Of a stretch of DNA of 64,000 bases, positions 35,391 to 44,724 are shown one piece after another. The position numbers and the translations under genes are program-made. The DNA is taken from NCBI GenBank assembly GCA_020639095.1, contig JACKHH010000018.1:3429-67428 (forward strand), written 5' to 3'. This DNA is from Phycisphaerales bacterium (lineage in GTDB: Bacteria; Planctomycetota; Phycisphaerae; UBA1845). Under the pieces are notes generated by a model that was not told the DNA's origin, ran no database searches, and saw only the letters and a program-made list of their open reading frames with translations. Positions within the stretch are counted from its first letter, which is position 1, and every line of letters starts with the position of its first letter.

Positions 35391-36504
35391 ACCGTACCGG
35401 GTACTGCGGCTCGTCCGGCCGCGGCAGCCGCTGTGCCACCGGCGGCAATGCCGGTCCGCCGCGCTTGGGCATTCGCAAGTAGTAATACGACGTGCTGCTG
35501 TAATCGTTGGCCAGTTTGTTCGCGTGCCCGTGTTCGATCGACACGTGGATCGACTTGCGGAAGCGGATCGGGTCTTCGATGTAGTAGCGGTAGACGCTTT
35601 GCTTGCCCTTCCAGAACCAATCTTCGGTTCCGTTGTAGAGCAGCACGCCGTGATACGGTGCGCAGTATTCCTCGCGCGGGCTGTACGCGCAGTTGTACCA
35701 GTCTTCGGTGCCGGTACCGTGCAGCGATGGCGGCCAGGACTCGCCGTCGATGAAGATCATGTCATCGCCTTCGCCGAACCAGTCGTTTTTCTGCCGTTCG
35801 AACACGTCGATGTCCAGGTGCGAACCGCAGTAGATGCCGTCGCCCTCAGCCGCCAGCATGATGTAATTGTCCTTGTTCGAGAGGTTGAGGCTTCGCGGGT
35901 CGCCGCCCCAGTGCAGTTTTTCCGCCCATTGCTGAATGTCGGAGTTGCGCAGGTCGGCGTACTCGTCGCCCCAGCTGTCGGTGGGGTTTTCCCGAAGCCA
36001 CTGCACGTGGAAATAGCCGAGGTCCGCGAGCACGTCGGGCTTATCGTACTGCTCGTAGTCGATGTAGAAATACTGCGTCAGTGCTTCGTCGCCGTCGTTG
36101 GTGATTTCGATGCGCGCGGACTTTTGAAACGGCATCGGCCACCAGCAGTTCAAACCGCGGCCATCCTGCGGGCTCATCTGCATGACCGCGGTGATGAAGT
36201 TCTTGCGCTTGGCGTGTCCCAGGCCGAAGAAATCGCCGATGGGGCATTCGATGCTCGGCTCGCTGTTGCCGTCCCAGTAGAAACGCAGCACGATGCGCCG
36301 CAGGTAGTCGTCCTTGGGCAGCCACGACGTCATCCAGATGTGGCGAATGCATCCCGGCCCTTTGAGTTCCGCGAGCGTGCGCGTCTCGCCGCCAGCCAGC
36401 GGGACGTAGTCCTTGTTTCCGCCGGTACGATCCCAACTGCTTTCGCGTTTACTCTTGTAGTCGCGCAGACGCGGCAGCCCGCCCAATCCATTGAATGCAA
36501 GCAT
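35389..36504 (-). CDS. DUF2961 / GH172 family protein
   Basis: Motifs ESSWDRTGGNKDY and GPGCIRHIWMT, plus a C-terminal jelly-roll region typical of DUF2961. GGAG precedes ATG 36504. Confidence 0.85.
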   Translation of the reverse strand: MLAFNGLGGLPRLRDYKSKRESSWDRTGGNKDYVPLAGGETRTLAELKGPGCIRHIWMTSWLPKDDYLRRIVLRFYWDGNSEPSIECPIGDFFGLGHAKRKNFITAVMQMSPQDGRGLNCWWPMPFQKSARIEITNDGDEALTQYFYIDYEQYDKPDVLADLGYFHVQWLRENPTDSWGDEYADLRNSDIQQWAEKLHWGGDPRSLNLSNKDNYIMLAAEGDGIYCGSHLDIDVFERQKNDWFGEGDDMIFIDGESWPPSLHGTGTEDWYNCAYSPREEYCAPYHGVLLYNGTEDWFWKGKQSVYRYYIEDPIRFRKSIHVSIEHGHANKLANDYSSTSYYYLRMPKRGGPALPPVAQRLPRPDEPQYPVR

Positions 36505-36519
36505 CGATGAAACTCCAAG

Positions 36520-36604
36520 ACCGAGCCGCGACTGTCAGGGAGCGGAGGTCCCCGATGAGCAGCGCAACTCAAGAACCGTGCAGGCAAGATGCCTGCACCA
36601 CAAT
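36520..36604 (+). repeat. family D core plus family E hairpin, copy D5/E3
   Basis: aCCGAGCCGCGACTGTCAGGGAGCGGaggtcc at 36520-36551. gTGCAGGCAagaTGCCTGCACCACAAT at 36578-36604. Confidence 0.85.
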
Positions 36605-36761
36605 TCTATTCCGATGGCGCACGCGTAATCGCGTTTAGCACCGGCGCGAATTCTAGCTCTAATTCGTGAAGCGGGATAGCACAGCGACGGCAACGAATAC
36701 CGCACGAATCGTGTCAGTCCGCCTTGACAACATGATGGCAGTTTCGCGACGATGGCTGGCC

Positions 36762-39700
36762 ATGACAACCACGCAAACACTCGACGGCGAATGGCAGTTT
36801 CTCCCTGTAATTACAGGCGAATCCGCGATGGATGCGCAGTCCGACGCGCCGCCGGCAAGCGCGCAGTTGCCCGCGCCCGGCGACTACGAAGCGGAGCGCA
36901 TCCTCGTGCCGGGTACGTGGAACTACTTTCCCGACGCGGTCGGTGGCGATTGGGGCGCGTACGACGTCTACGGTTATCCCAAACATTGGCAGAAAGCTTC
37001 CGCCGGTTGGTATCGCCGCGCGTTTCGCCTGGACAACACGTTGGCGGGCGGGCGCTGCGTGCTTTGCTTCGATGCGGTGCTTGGAGCCGCTTCGATCTGG
37101 GTGAACGGCAAACATGTCGGCGGTTCGACTGAGAACTTCCTGCCATTTGAATTCGATGTGACGGACTTTGTTCACGCGGATGGTGAGAATGAACTGGTCG
37201 TGTACGTCGGGCCGCCGCCGAAGCAGGACGGCCTGTGGCTCCAGCCGTGTGGTTCGTGGTTCGGTTGGCACTGTCGCGGCATCTGGCAGCCTGTGCGTTT
37301 GGAATTGCGACCCGCCATCGCGATCACCGACGTATTCGCCGCGCCGTCGGTGCGCGAAGGAAAACTATCAGTCGAGGTTACGGTGTTGGCTGGTGGCGTT
37401 GGTGGCAAGGGGCAAGTCGCCGTTGCGATCGAAGAGGCGGGCAAGGTCGTGCTTGATCTCGGTAGCGTCGCGGTCGATGTGCCCGAACGCGGACAAACTG
37501 TGGTGCGTCTCGAACGCGCCTGGCCCGATGCGCAGCTCTGGTCGCCGGACGATCCGCATCTGTATCACGCGACGGCGAAGCTCGAAGTCGCGGGCGCGCC
37601 GCCGCACACGCGGCAGGTTCGCTTCGGTTTTCGCGAGTTCTGGATCGAGGGCACGGAGTTTCGGCTTAACGGTGTGCCGATTCGCCTCTTCGGCGATTCC
37701 TGGCACTACATGGGTCCGGTGCAGCAGAACCCGGCATACGCGCGCACGTGGTACACCTTCGCCAAGCAGGTTGGAGTGAACTGTATTCGCACGCATGCGA
37801 TGCCCTATCCGCCGTTTTACTTTGAACTGGCGGACGAGATGGGCATGCTGATCATCGACGAGACAGCCGTCTACGGATCGGCTGGCACGCTCGCGTACGA
37901 TGAGGACGCGTTTTGGGAAAACGCAAGAGGGCACATGCGCCGGCTCGTCCGTCGCGATCGCAACCACCCGTCGATCATCTTCTGGAGCGCGTGCAACGAG
38001 ACGGTGTGGAAGGGCGGCGAGAAGATTTACGAACCGCTGGCGTCGCTCGGCGCGGAGGCGATGAAGCTCGACCCCTCGCGTTTCGTCAGTTACGACGAGA
38101 ACGATTGCGATCTCGGCGGCAGAAGCCCGGTACACTGCGGCCACTATGGCACGCCGCAACACTGGGACCGCGCCTGGAAACGCGACAAGCCGCTGATCAT
38201 CCACGAGTTCAGCGCCCTCTACCACGGCGGCCCGGAAGCAGCCTGCCCCCTCGGCGGCCACATCGTGTATGACACCTTTGAAGCGCGGCTCTATGAGACG
38301 GGCAGAGATGCCGCCGACATGTTCCTGAAACTCCGCGCGATGGGCGCAGCGAGTATTACTCCCTGGAACTTGAATTGGTACTGTCTGAAACCCACGCCAG
38401 TCACACCTGTCGAAGAAGTGAGTGCCGAGTCAACTGCTGGTGGATCGCCGCTCCGTCGCATCGGGCAGTATTCAGTCACTTTCAACTACTGGGACAGCGA
38501 CGGATCGAAGGACGTTTGGGCGGCGAATCCAGCGTTGGAACACCTGGCTGAATGTTATAAGCGGCAGCGCTTCTACCTTACCAGCAAAGCCCTGGGTGGT
38601 TACGCCGATAACCTGACCAGTGTGGAAGCACTTGTCCTGAATGATGCAGATGCGACCCTTCGAGGGACACTTCACTTTGTGTTGAAGCACCCTTCGGGCA
38701 GTTGTTCTGAGGAAATCGCAGCAATCAACCTGAGACCATGGTCGAGGGTACCGGTGCACCTTGAACTGCGTATCCCTCCTTCGCCCGACGAACGACCGTA
38801 TGAGGCCGCACTGCAACTGCACGATACTGTGGACGACTCGATCATCTACTCAGAGGAGTGGCTCTTCAATTCGTGTGCACGGCTGCATCCGCTTCGTGGG
38901 CACGGTGATGTTGGGAATAGCAGCGAAGATCCGAAATGGTCCATGCCGTACCAGCCGCGCAAGATTCTAACAGTTGCCGATTCGAGTTACTCCCGGGAAC
39001 TGTTGGACTTTCTCGAACTGTCCTTGGGGGACGAAGCAACCATCCGGTCACAGATCGCCAATGGCGAATGCGAAACGCTGGTCCTTGCAAGCAAGGAAGC
39101 GCCGCGCAGTCTTCGTGAATGGGTTGACGATCCCATAACCGGAGAGTGGCTGCGCGAGGGTGGACGGTTGGTCGCGCTGCCTGCGACCGTCAAGATAGAT
39201 GGCACTCCGGAATTGATGCCGCTTCGCCACCGAGTCGATAATCCCATCTTCCTGTGCAGTGCAGACTTCACGAATTCCATGCGCTTGTTGGACCGCAGCG
39301 CCGTGTATCGCATCCCGGGCGCGGCTTCGGGCTTCGTATTTCGTCGTCCACCAACGGGGCCCGCGTCGTGCCCCATGGAGATTGGTGATGAGGCCGAGGG
39401 GATGGTATACGCGCCTATTGTCAGCGTTGGTTGCGGTCGCGGGCACGTGGTCTTGTACGGAATCGATTTCCTTGCGCTTGCCGATTCCAGTCCTTTCGCG
39501 GCTTTCGCTCTGATGCAGAGCGCTCACATGCCGCTCCCGACGCTTGCGAATCGCGAGGCGACGGTCATCGGATCTGAGGAATACCGTGCGTCGTGGCTTC
39601 ATCGTGAAGCCGGTGTCCGATCAAAATCGAGTGGTGAGGTGTGGATTGTCGACGCGGGAGATGAAGGCGTTCTGGATGATCCACGCCTGAAACAGAGTGC

Positions 39701-40799
39701 AATCGCGCGGCACCTGCGCGCCGGCAACACGCTCTACCTCGATAACCTCACAATGCGAACGGCTGAACGATGGTCGAGGCTCCTGGATTTGAAGATCAGT
39801 TGCCGAGAATCGCATCGATACAACCTCGACAGCTATGGCCTGGTGGAGGGTGTCAACTCTTTTGATACGTGCTGGGTCTCGCGCGACGATGCTCAATTGA
39901 TCACGCGACTTTGCCTGTTGGCGCCCGACGGTCATGCGTCAGCCACCTGCACGCGTTGGGAAGGTTATCAATCCGCCGCGGAGCAGCACAAGGTCGCAAT
40001 GATGTACCGCAGAATCGCTCAAATCGAAGCTGATGCCAGTGTTCATGACGAGCACGGATTCGCGAATATCGAGCACGGCGGTGGCCGCATCATCATCAAC
40101 CAGCTCCTCCTCCGCGAAGCACGCGGGCCCTTCCGGTCTCGGGCGCTGCGTATTTACTCTCGGCTGCTCGATTACCTTGGGGTTGAACGTGACGAGCGGG
40201 TGAGTCCGTTGGCGCCGCGCGAACGCCGGGTGGTTGATGCGGACGGGTTCATTACCGATTGGCTCGTGCTCGGGCCGTTTGAAGCCGACGGAGGCCAGCC
40301 GCTGGATCGTGCGTTTGTCGATGAAGCGGCGCTGGGTTCGGCTGCGATATCTGTATGCGAGGGTGCGACCTGTGGCGGGCGGATCTGGCAACGCGTGAGT
40401 TCGGCATTTCCCCAGGTCGAACTCGACGGCGTTTGGGCGGACGCGCCGGCGCGCGACCGCGTGGCCTATGCCGCGATTCACGTTTACTCGCCGCAGGATC
40501 GCTCGGTGCTGCTCGACGCGCCGGACATGATCGCGCTGCGCAGCGGGGCAGACGGCGGCACCAAGCCGTTCCTCAACGGGCATAACGTCGGCCGGTTCGA
40601 CTTCGTACGCGAACTCGTGCTCGATTCCGATCGCGTCGACGGTTTGCCGCTACGCAAGGGATGGAACCTGCTGGTGATCAAATTGCATAACCCGTCGTCG
40701 CCGTGGCGCTTCGCCGCCCGCTTGATGACCGCGTCCGGCGATCCCGCCCGCGACCTCACCTTCGCGCTGGTTCCGGGCGAGAATGCTGGCGACGCTTGA
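36762..40799 (+). CDS. giant GH2-family glycoside hydrolase (about 1346 aa) with ~750-aa C-terminal extension
   Basis: ATG 36762 (MTTTQTLDGEWQF) inside ORF 36666..40799. GH2 sugar-binding domain WYRRAF...LCFDAVLGAASIWVNGKHVG. Acid/base NHPSIIFWSACNE. Nucleophile region PLIIHEFSALYHGG (compare LacZ CEYAHAMGN). The C-terminal 750 aa are unassigned, ending in a WLVLGPF...jelly-roll-like segment. Confidence 0.8.
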   Translation: MTTTQTLDGEWQFLPVITGESAMDAQSDAPPASAQLPAPGDYEAERILVPGTWNYFPDAVGGDWGAYDVYGYPKHWQKASAGWYRRAFRLDNTLAGGRCVLCFDAVLGAASIWVNGKHVGGSTENFLPFEFDVTDFVHADGENELVVYVGPPPKQDGLWLQPCGSWFGWHCRGIWQPVRLELRPAIAITDVFAAPSVREGKLSVEVTVLAGGVGGKGQVAVAIEEAGKVVLDLGSVAVDVPERGQTVVRLERAWPDAQLWSPDDPHLYHATAKLEVAGAPPHTRQVRFGFREFWIEGTEFRLNGVPIRLFGDSWHYMGPVQQNPAYARTWYTFAKQVGVNCIRTHAMPYPPFYFELADEMGMLIIDETAVYGSAGTLAYDEDAFWENARGHMRRLVRRDRNHPSIIFWSACNETVWKGGEKIYEPLASLGAEAMKLDPSRFVSYDENDCDLGGRSPVHCGHYGTPQHWDRAWKRDKPLIIHEFSALYHGGPEAACPLGGHIVYDTFEARLYETGRDAADMFLKLRAMGAASITPWNLNWYCLKPTPVTPVEEVSAESTAGGSPLRRIGQYSVTFNYWDSDGSKDVWAANPALEHLAECYKRQRFYLTSKALGGYADNLTSVEALVLNDADATLRGTLHFVLKHPSGSCSEEIAAINLRPWSRVPVHLELRIPPSPDERPYEAALQLHDTVDDSIIYSEEWLFNSCARLHPLRGHGDVGNSSEDPKWSMPYQPRKILTVADSSYSRELLDFLELSLGDEATIRSQIANGECETLVLASKEAPRSLREWVDDPITGEWLREGGRLVALPATVKIDGTPELMPLRHRVDNPIFLCSADFTNSMRLLDRSAVYRIPGAASGFVFRRPPTGPASCPMEIGDEAEGMVYAPIVSVGCGRGHVVLYGIDFLALADSSPFAAFALMQSAHMPLPTLANREATVIGSEEYRASWLHREAGVRSKSSGEVWIVDAGDEGVLDDPRLKQSAIARHLRAGNTLYLDNLTMRTAERWSRLLDLKISCRESHRYNLDSYGLVEGVNSFDTCWVSRDDAQLITRLCLLAPDGHASATCTRWEGYQSAAEQHKVAMMYRRIAQIEADASVHDEHGFANIEHGGGRIIINQLLLREARGPFRSRALRIYSRLLDYLGVERDERVSPLAPRERRVVDADGFITDWLVLGPFEADGGQPLDRAFVDEAALGSAAISVCEGATCGGRIWQRVSSAFPQVELDGVWADAPARDRVAYAAIHVYSPQDRSVLLDAPDMIALRSGADGGTKPFLNGHNVGRFDFVRELVLDSDRVDGLPLRKGWNLLVIKLHNPSSPWRFAARLMTASGDPARDLTFALVPGENAGDA

Positions 40800-40904
40800 G
40801 GCGACGAACGTGCGGCATGACCGAAACCGTTCAAGTTTGTTTGCTGGTTTCGCGCGCTGGTCATCGATTTGGACGTCGCTAAACTGAGCGGCGATGTCGA
40901 AGTG

Positions 40905-41246
40905 TTAACCACGAAGGCACAAAGGCACGAAGGCACGAAGGTACGAAGAACAGCAATGCTGAGTGCTGAATGCTGAATGATGAATGATGACTGACGTTAC
41001 GGGTGGCACGGACAGGCTTTGCTTGTCCGTGGGCAGTTGAGTGTGGCGCTCTGATTGTGATGCTTGTCGTTTCGTCAGGCTCGTCACGTACGAAGAGCGA
41101 ATGGCGTAGCGAACACGCTTTGGGAATTACCACTGACAAGCGGAGCTTGTCAGTGCCACCCTGGAGCGATGTGCCAAGTGGTACCAGAATCTGTTCTTCG
41201 TGCCTTCGTGGCTTTGTGCCTTCGTGGTTAGCGTCTTGGTGGTTCA
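40905..41246 (+). repeat. family A composite palindromic element, copy A4 (CGAAGG variant arms)
   Basis: Left arm ttaaccacgaaggcacaaaggcacgaaggcacgaaggtacgaagaac at 40905-40951. AATG module 40951-40990. Hairpins at 41000-41032 and 41130-41161. Right arm gttcttcgtgccttcgtggctttgtgccttcgtggtta...cttggtggttca at 41193-41246. Confidence 0.9.
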
Positions 41247-41296
41247 GTAGTCGTTGAGATCGCACAAACAAAGAATCCTCCCGATTCGGAGCAATC

Positions 41297-43996
41297 ATGG
41301 CAGCAGGGAAAATCCAAGCGTACTACGTCGTCAGCACCCACTGGGATCGCGAGTGGTACGAAGCGTTTCAGCAGTTCCGCTATCACCTCGTTGAGTTGCT
41401 CGACGAAGTCCTCGACCTGATGGCGGCTGACGAGCGCTTCGTGTGCTTCCAGACCGACGGCCAGTCGATCATCCTTGAGGACTACCTCGAAATCAGGCCG
41501 GAGCGCGCCGAGCAGGTGCACGCCTACGCGAAAGCGGGGCGTCTGCGCGTCGGACCCTGGTACACGATGCCCGATGAGAACATCGTCGCGCCTGAATCGC
41601 TCGTGCGCAACCTCGAAGAGGGCATCCGCGTCGCGCGCGACTTCGGCAACATCTCAAAGGCCGGTTTCGTCTGCGATATCTTCGGCCACGTTTCGCAGCT
41701 CCCGCAGATTTTCCACGGGTTCGGCATCGACAACGCGTTCCTGTTTCGCGGCGTGAACGAAGACACGCATCGCGGCTCGTTCCGCTGGACCGGCGCCGAC
41801 GGGAGCGAACTGGTCGTCATGCGCTTCGGCCCCAAGGAAGGTTACTTCGATCTGGCAGCCGCTGTCCGCGGCGGGTTCGATCAAGAGAACGAATTCGAGC
41901 TGGAAGCGGGGATCGAACGCCTCGTCGAGTACGTGGACGTGCAGCGCGATCGCATCGGCACCGATGCCGTGCTGCTCTTCGACGGCGGCGACCACATGCC
42001 GATCGAGCCGCAAACCATTGCACTGCTCGAAGGCCTCAAGAAGAAACGCCCGGACGTCGAGCTGCACTTCACCGGCCTGGATGAATACGCCGCAGCCCTT
42101 CGCGAACGCAAGGATCAGATCACGCGCACGGATCAGGGCGAACTTCGCGCACCCGGCAAGAAGGTCGGCGAAGGCGCTTGGGTGATCCCCGGCGTACTCA
42201 GCAGCCGAGTCCAGCTCAAGCAGGCGAACCGGGCGTGCGAAACGCTGCTTTGCTGGTGGGCGGAACCGTTCAGCATGCTGGCGACCGCGAAGACCGGTGC
42301 TGCGGACCACGACAGCTACATCCGTCGCGCGTGGCGTTACGTACTGGAAAATCACGCTCACGATTCAATCTGCGGCTGTAGCCCGGACCAGATCCACAAG
42401 GACATGGAGTTCCGCTTCGATCAAGCCAAGCTGATCAGCGGCAAAGTCATTGATAATGCGCTCACCGCGATTGCCGCGCGGATCGACCTGCCCGAGTTGG
42501 AGGGCGAGCAGTACGCGCTCGTCGTCTTCAACCCGTCGCAGCAGGCGATCGACGGCCCGGTCGACCTCGAACTCTGGTTCGATGAGAACACCAAGAACCT
42601 CTTCAACGAGTTCTTCGCATTCGAGCCGAAGGTGGGCTTCCGGCTTTGCGATGCTGATGGCAATGAAATTCCGTACGATCGCGTGAGCTACAAACCGCAG
42701 CGCCGCCGCTTCAAGCGCGCCCCGCGCCGCGCCCCCCGCGGGCAGGAGTGCATCGTCGTGCAGGTCACCGCACCGCTGAAGGTGCCCGCGTTCGGCTACA
42801 CCACGCTCACGATCAAACCGGAAGACAGGCCGACGCGTCACCCCCAGGGCGGAATCGTCACGAGTCACCGCAGCCTGGAGAACGAGCACCTGCGCGTCGA
42901 GGTGAATGCGAACGGTTCGGTCGCGCTCCACGACAAGCGCAACAAGCAGACCTACGACAACCTGCTCGTCTTCGAAGATCGCGCGGATATCGGCGATGGC
43001 TGGTACCACGGTATTGCGGTCAATGACGAGATCTACTCGACAGCCGCGACTCAGGCGGAGGTGGCAGTCGTGTTCGACGGAACGCAGAAGGGCGTGCTGC
43101 GGATCGTGCAGCGCATGCAGGTGCCCAAGCGGTTCTACTTCGAAAAGCAGATGCGCCGCACCGAGGAAAAGGCAGAGCTGCGCATCACGACGGAAGTCAC
43201 GCTGCGCCGCGGGGCTGACAACCTCGAATGCCGCACGACCATCGACAACACGGTGCGCGATCACCGCGTACGCGTGCTCTGCGAGACGGGCGTGGACGCG
43301 AAGACGTACTGGGCGGACTCGGCGTTTGACGTTGTCGAACGCGAGATCGCGCTGCCGGCTGACAATCACCTGTGGAAGGAACTCGCGGTGGAAACGCGTC
43401 CGCAGACGAGTTGGGCTGCTATTGCGGATGCGAAACGCGGGCTTGCGATCGTTGCGCCGGACCTGTGCGAGTCGTGCGTGCGTGACGTGCCCGGCAAGCC
43501 GTTGGCGCTGACGCTGCTGCGCGGATTCCGCCGCACCGTTTTCACCGATGGTGAAGAGGGCGGACAGATCATCGGCACGCACGCGTTTAACTATCGGCTT
43601 GTGCCGTTCGCGGGCGAACCGAATCGCGTAAGCCTCGCCGTACTCGGTCAGCAGATGAACGCCGGCCTGCGCACGATCGAACGGCTGGCGCGCGACAAGC
43701 AAGCGGACGGCGCGCCACTGCCGCGCACGGCGGGTCAGCTGTTCATGTCGCCCGGCAATGCCGTGATGACCTCTTTCCGCAAGTATCCGGAGCACGGTTA
43801 CGTTGAGGTGCGCATCTTCAATCCGTACGACGATACGCATCGCGAAACGCTGCGCTTTGAGGGCGGTATCGTGGAGGCGTTCACCACCGACCTTGAGGGC
43901 AACAAGACGGGCAAGCTCGCGCACAAGCAAGATGAGGTCACCGTCGAGCTGGGACCCAAGAAAATCGTCACCGTTGGCGTGACGATGCGTGCATGA
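41297..43996 (+). CDS. GH38 alpha-mannosidase (MngB-like)
   Basis: Motifs YYVVSTHWDREWYE, FQTDGQ, GPWYTMPDEN and ENHAHDSICGCS. About 900 aa, no signal peptide. Confidence 0.85.
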   Translation: MAAGKIQAYYVVSTHWDREWYEAFQQFRYHLVELLDEVLDLMAADERFVCFQTDGQSIILEDYLEIRPERAEQVHAYAKAGRLRVGPWYTMPDENIVAPESLVRNLEEGIRVARDFGNISKAGFVCDIFGHVSQLPQIFHGFGIDNAFLFRGVNEDTHRGSFRWTGADGSELVVMRFGPKEGYFDLAAAVRGGFDQENEFELEAGIERLVEYVDVQRDRIGTDAVLLFDGGDHMPIEPQTIALLEGLKKKRPDVELHFTGLDEYAAALRERKDQITRTDQGELRAPGKKVGEGAWVIPGVLSSRVQLKQANRACETLLCWWAEPFSMLATAKTGAADHDSYIRRAWRYVLENHAHDSICGCSPDQIHKDMEFRFDQAKLISGKVIDNALTAIAARIDLPELEGEQYALVVFNPSQQAIDGPVDLELWFDENTKNLFNEFFAFEPKVGFRLCDADGNEIPYDRVSYKPQRRRFKRAPRRAPRGQECIVVQVTAPLKVPAFGYTTLTIKPEDRPTRHPQGGIVTSHRSLENEHLRVEVNANGSVALHDKRNKQTYDNLLVFEDRADIGDGWYHGIAVNDEIYSTAATQAEVAVVFDGTQKGVLRIVQRMQVPKRFYFEKQMRRTEEKAELRITTEVTLRRGADNLECRTTIDNTVRDHRVRVLCETGVDAKTYWADSAFDVVEREIALPADNHLWKELAVETRPQTSWAAIADAKRGLAIVAPDLCESCVRDVPGKPLALTLLRGFRRTVFTDGEEGGQIIGTHAFNYRLVPFAGEPNRVSLAVLGQQMNAGLRTIERLARDKQADGAPLPRTAGQLFMSPGNAVMTSFRKYPEHGYVEVRIFNPYDDTHRETLRFEGGIVEAFTTDLEGNKTGKLAHKQDEVTVELGPKKIVTVGVTMRA

Positions 43997-44682
43997 GGTT
44001 CATGATGAAACGATCCGAGATTAACCAAGCCATTGAACACATGATCGGCTTCGCCGACGGGTTACATTTCAAGTTGCCGCCCTTCGGCCACTTTACGCCC
44101 GGCGATTGGCAGACGTGCGGGGCGGCGTACGACGAAATCCGTCGAGCCGGTCTCGGTTGGGATGTCACCGACTTCGGCAAGGGCGACTTCGCGAAGTGCG
44201 GGCTCACGCTGTTCACCGTACGCAACGGCGTGCTGAACGACGCGGACTCGAAGACGTATTGCGAAAAGATCATGCTCGTGCTCGAAGAGCAGCTCACGCC
44301 GATGCACTTCCACTGGAAGAAAACGGAAGACATCATCAATCGCGGCGGGGGCAATCTCATTTGCCAGGTGCATCGTGCGAACAATGAGGAACGCCTCGGG
44401 TCCGACGAAGTGGTCGTGAGCATGGACGGGTGCGAGAAACATGTGCCCGCGGGCAGCAAGCTCGTGCTCAAACCGGGCGAATCGGTCACGCTCACACCCT
44501 ACGTGTATCACGCGTTCTGGGGTGAGCCGGGCAAGGGCCCCGTGCTCGTTGGCGAGGTGAGCACGGTCAACGACGACGCGAACGACAACCGTTTTCTGGA
44601 CGAGCTTCCGCGTTACCCGGGCATCGAAGAGGATGCAGCCCCCGTGCGCCTGTTATGTACCGAGTATCCCGCAGCCAAGTAA
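43993..44682 (+). CDS. D-lyxose/D-mannose ketol-isomerase (cupin)
   Basis: MHFHWKKTEDIINRGGGNL and YHAFWGE cupin motifs. ATGA overlap with the GH38 stop; alternative ATGs at 44002/44005. Confidence 0.8.
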   Translation: MRFMMKRSEINQAIEHMIGFADGLHFKLPPFGHFTPGDWQTCGAAYDEIRRAGLGWDVTDFGKGDFAKCGLTLFTVRNGVLNDADSKTYCEKIMLVLEEQLTPMHFHWKKTEDIINRGGGNLICQVHRANNEERLGSDEVVVSMDGCEKHVPAGSKLVLKPGESVTLTPYVYHAFWGEPGKGPVLVGEVSTVNDDANDNRFLDELPRYPGIEEDAAPVRLLCTEYPAAK

Positions 44683-44724
44683 CCATAGCCAGCAAGTAAC
44701 TACAACTACGAGATTACACTTCCC

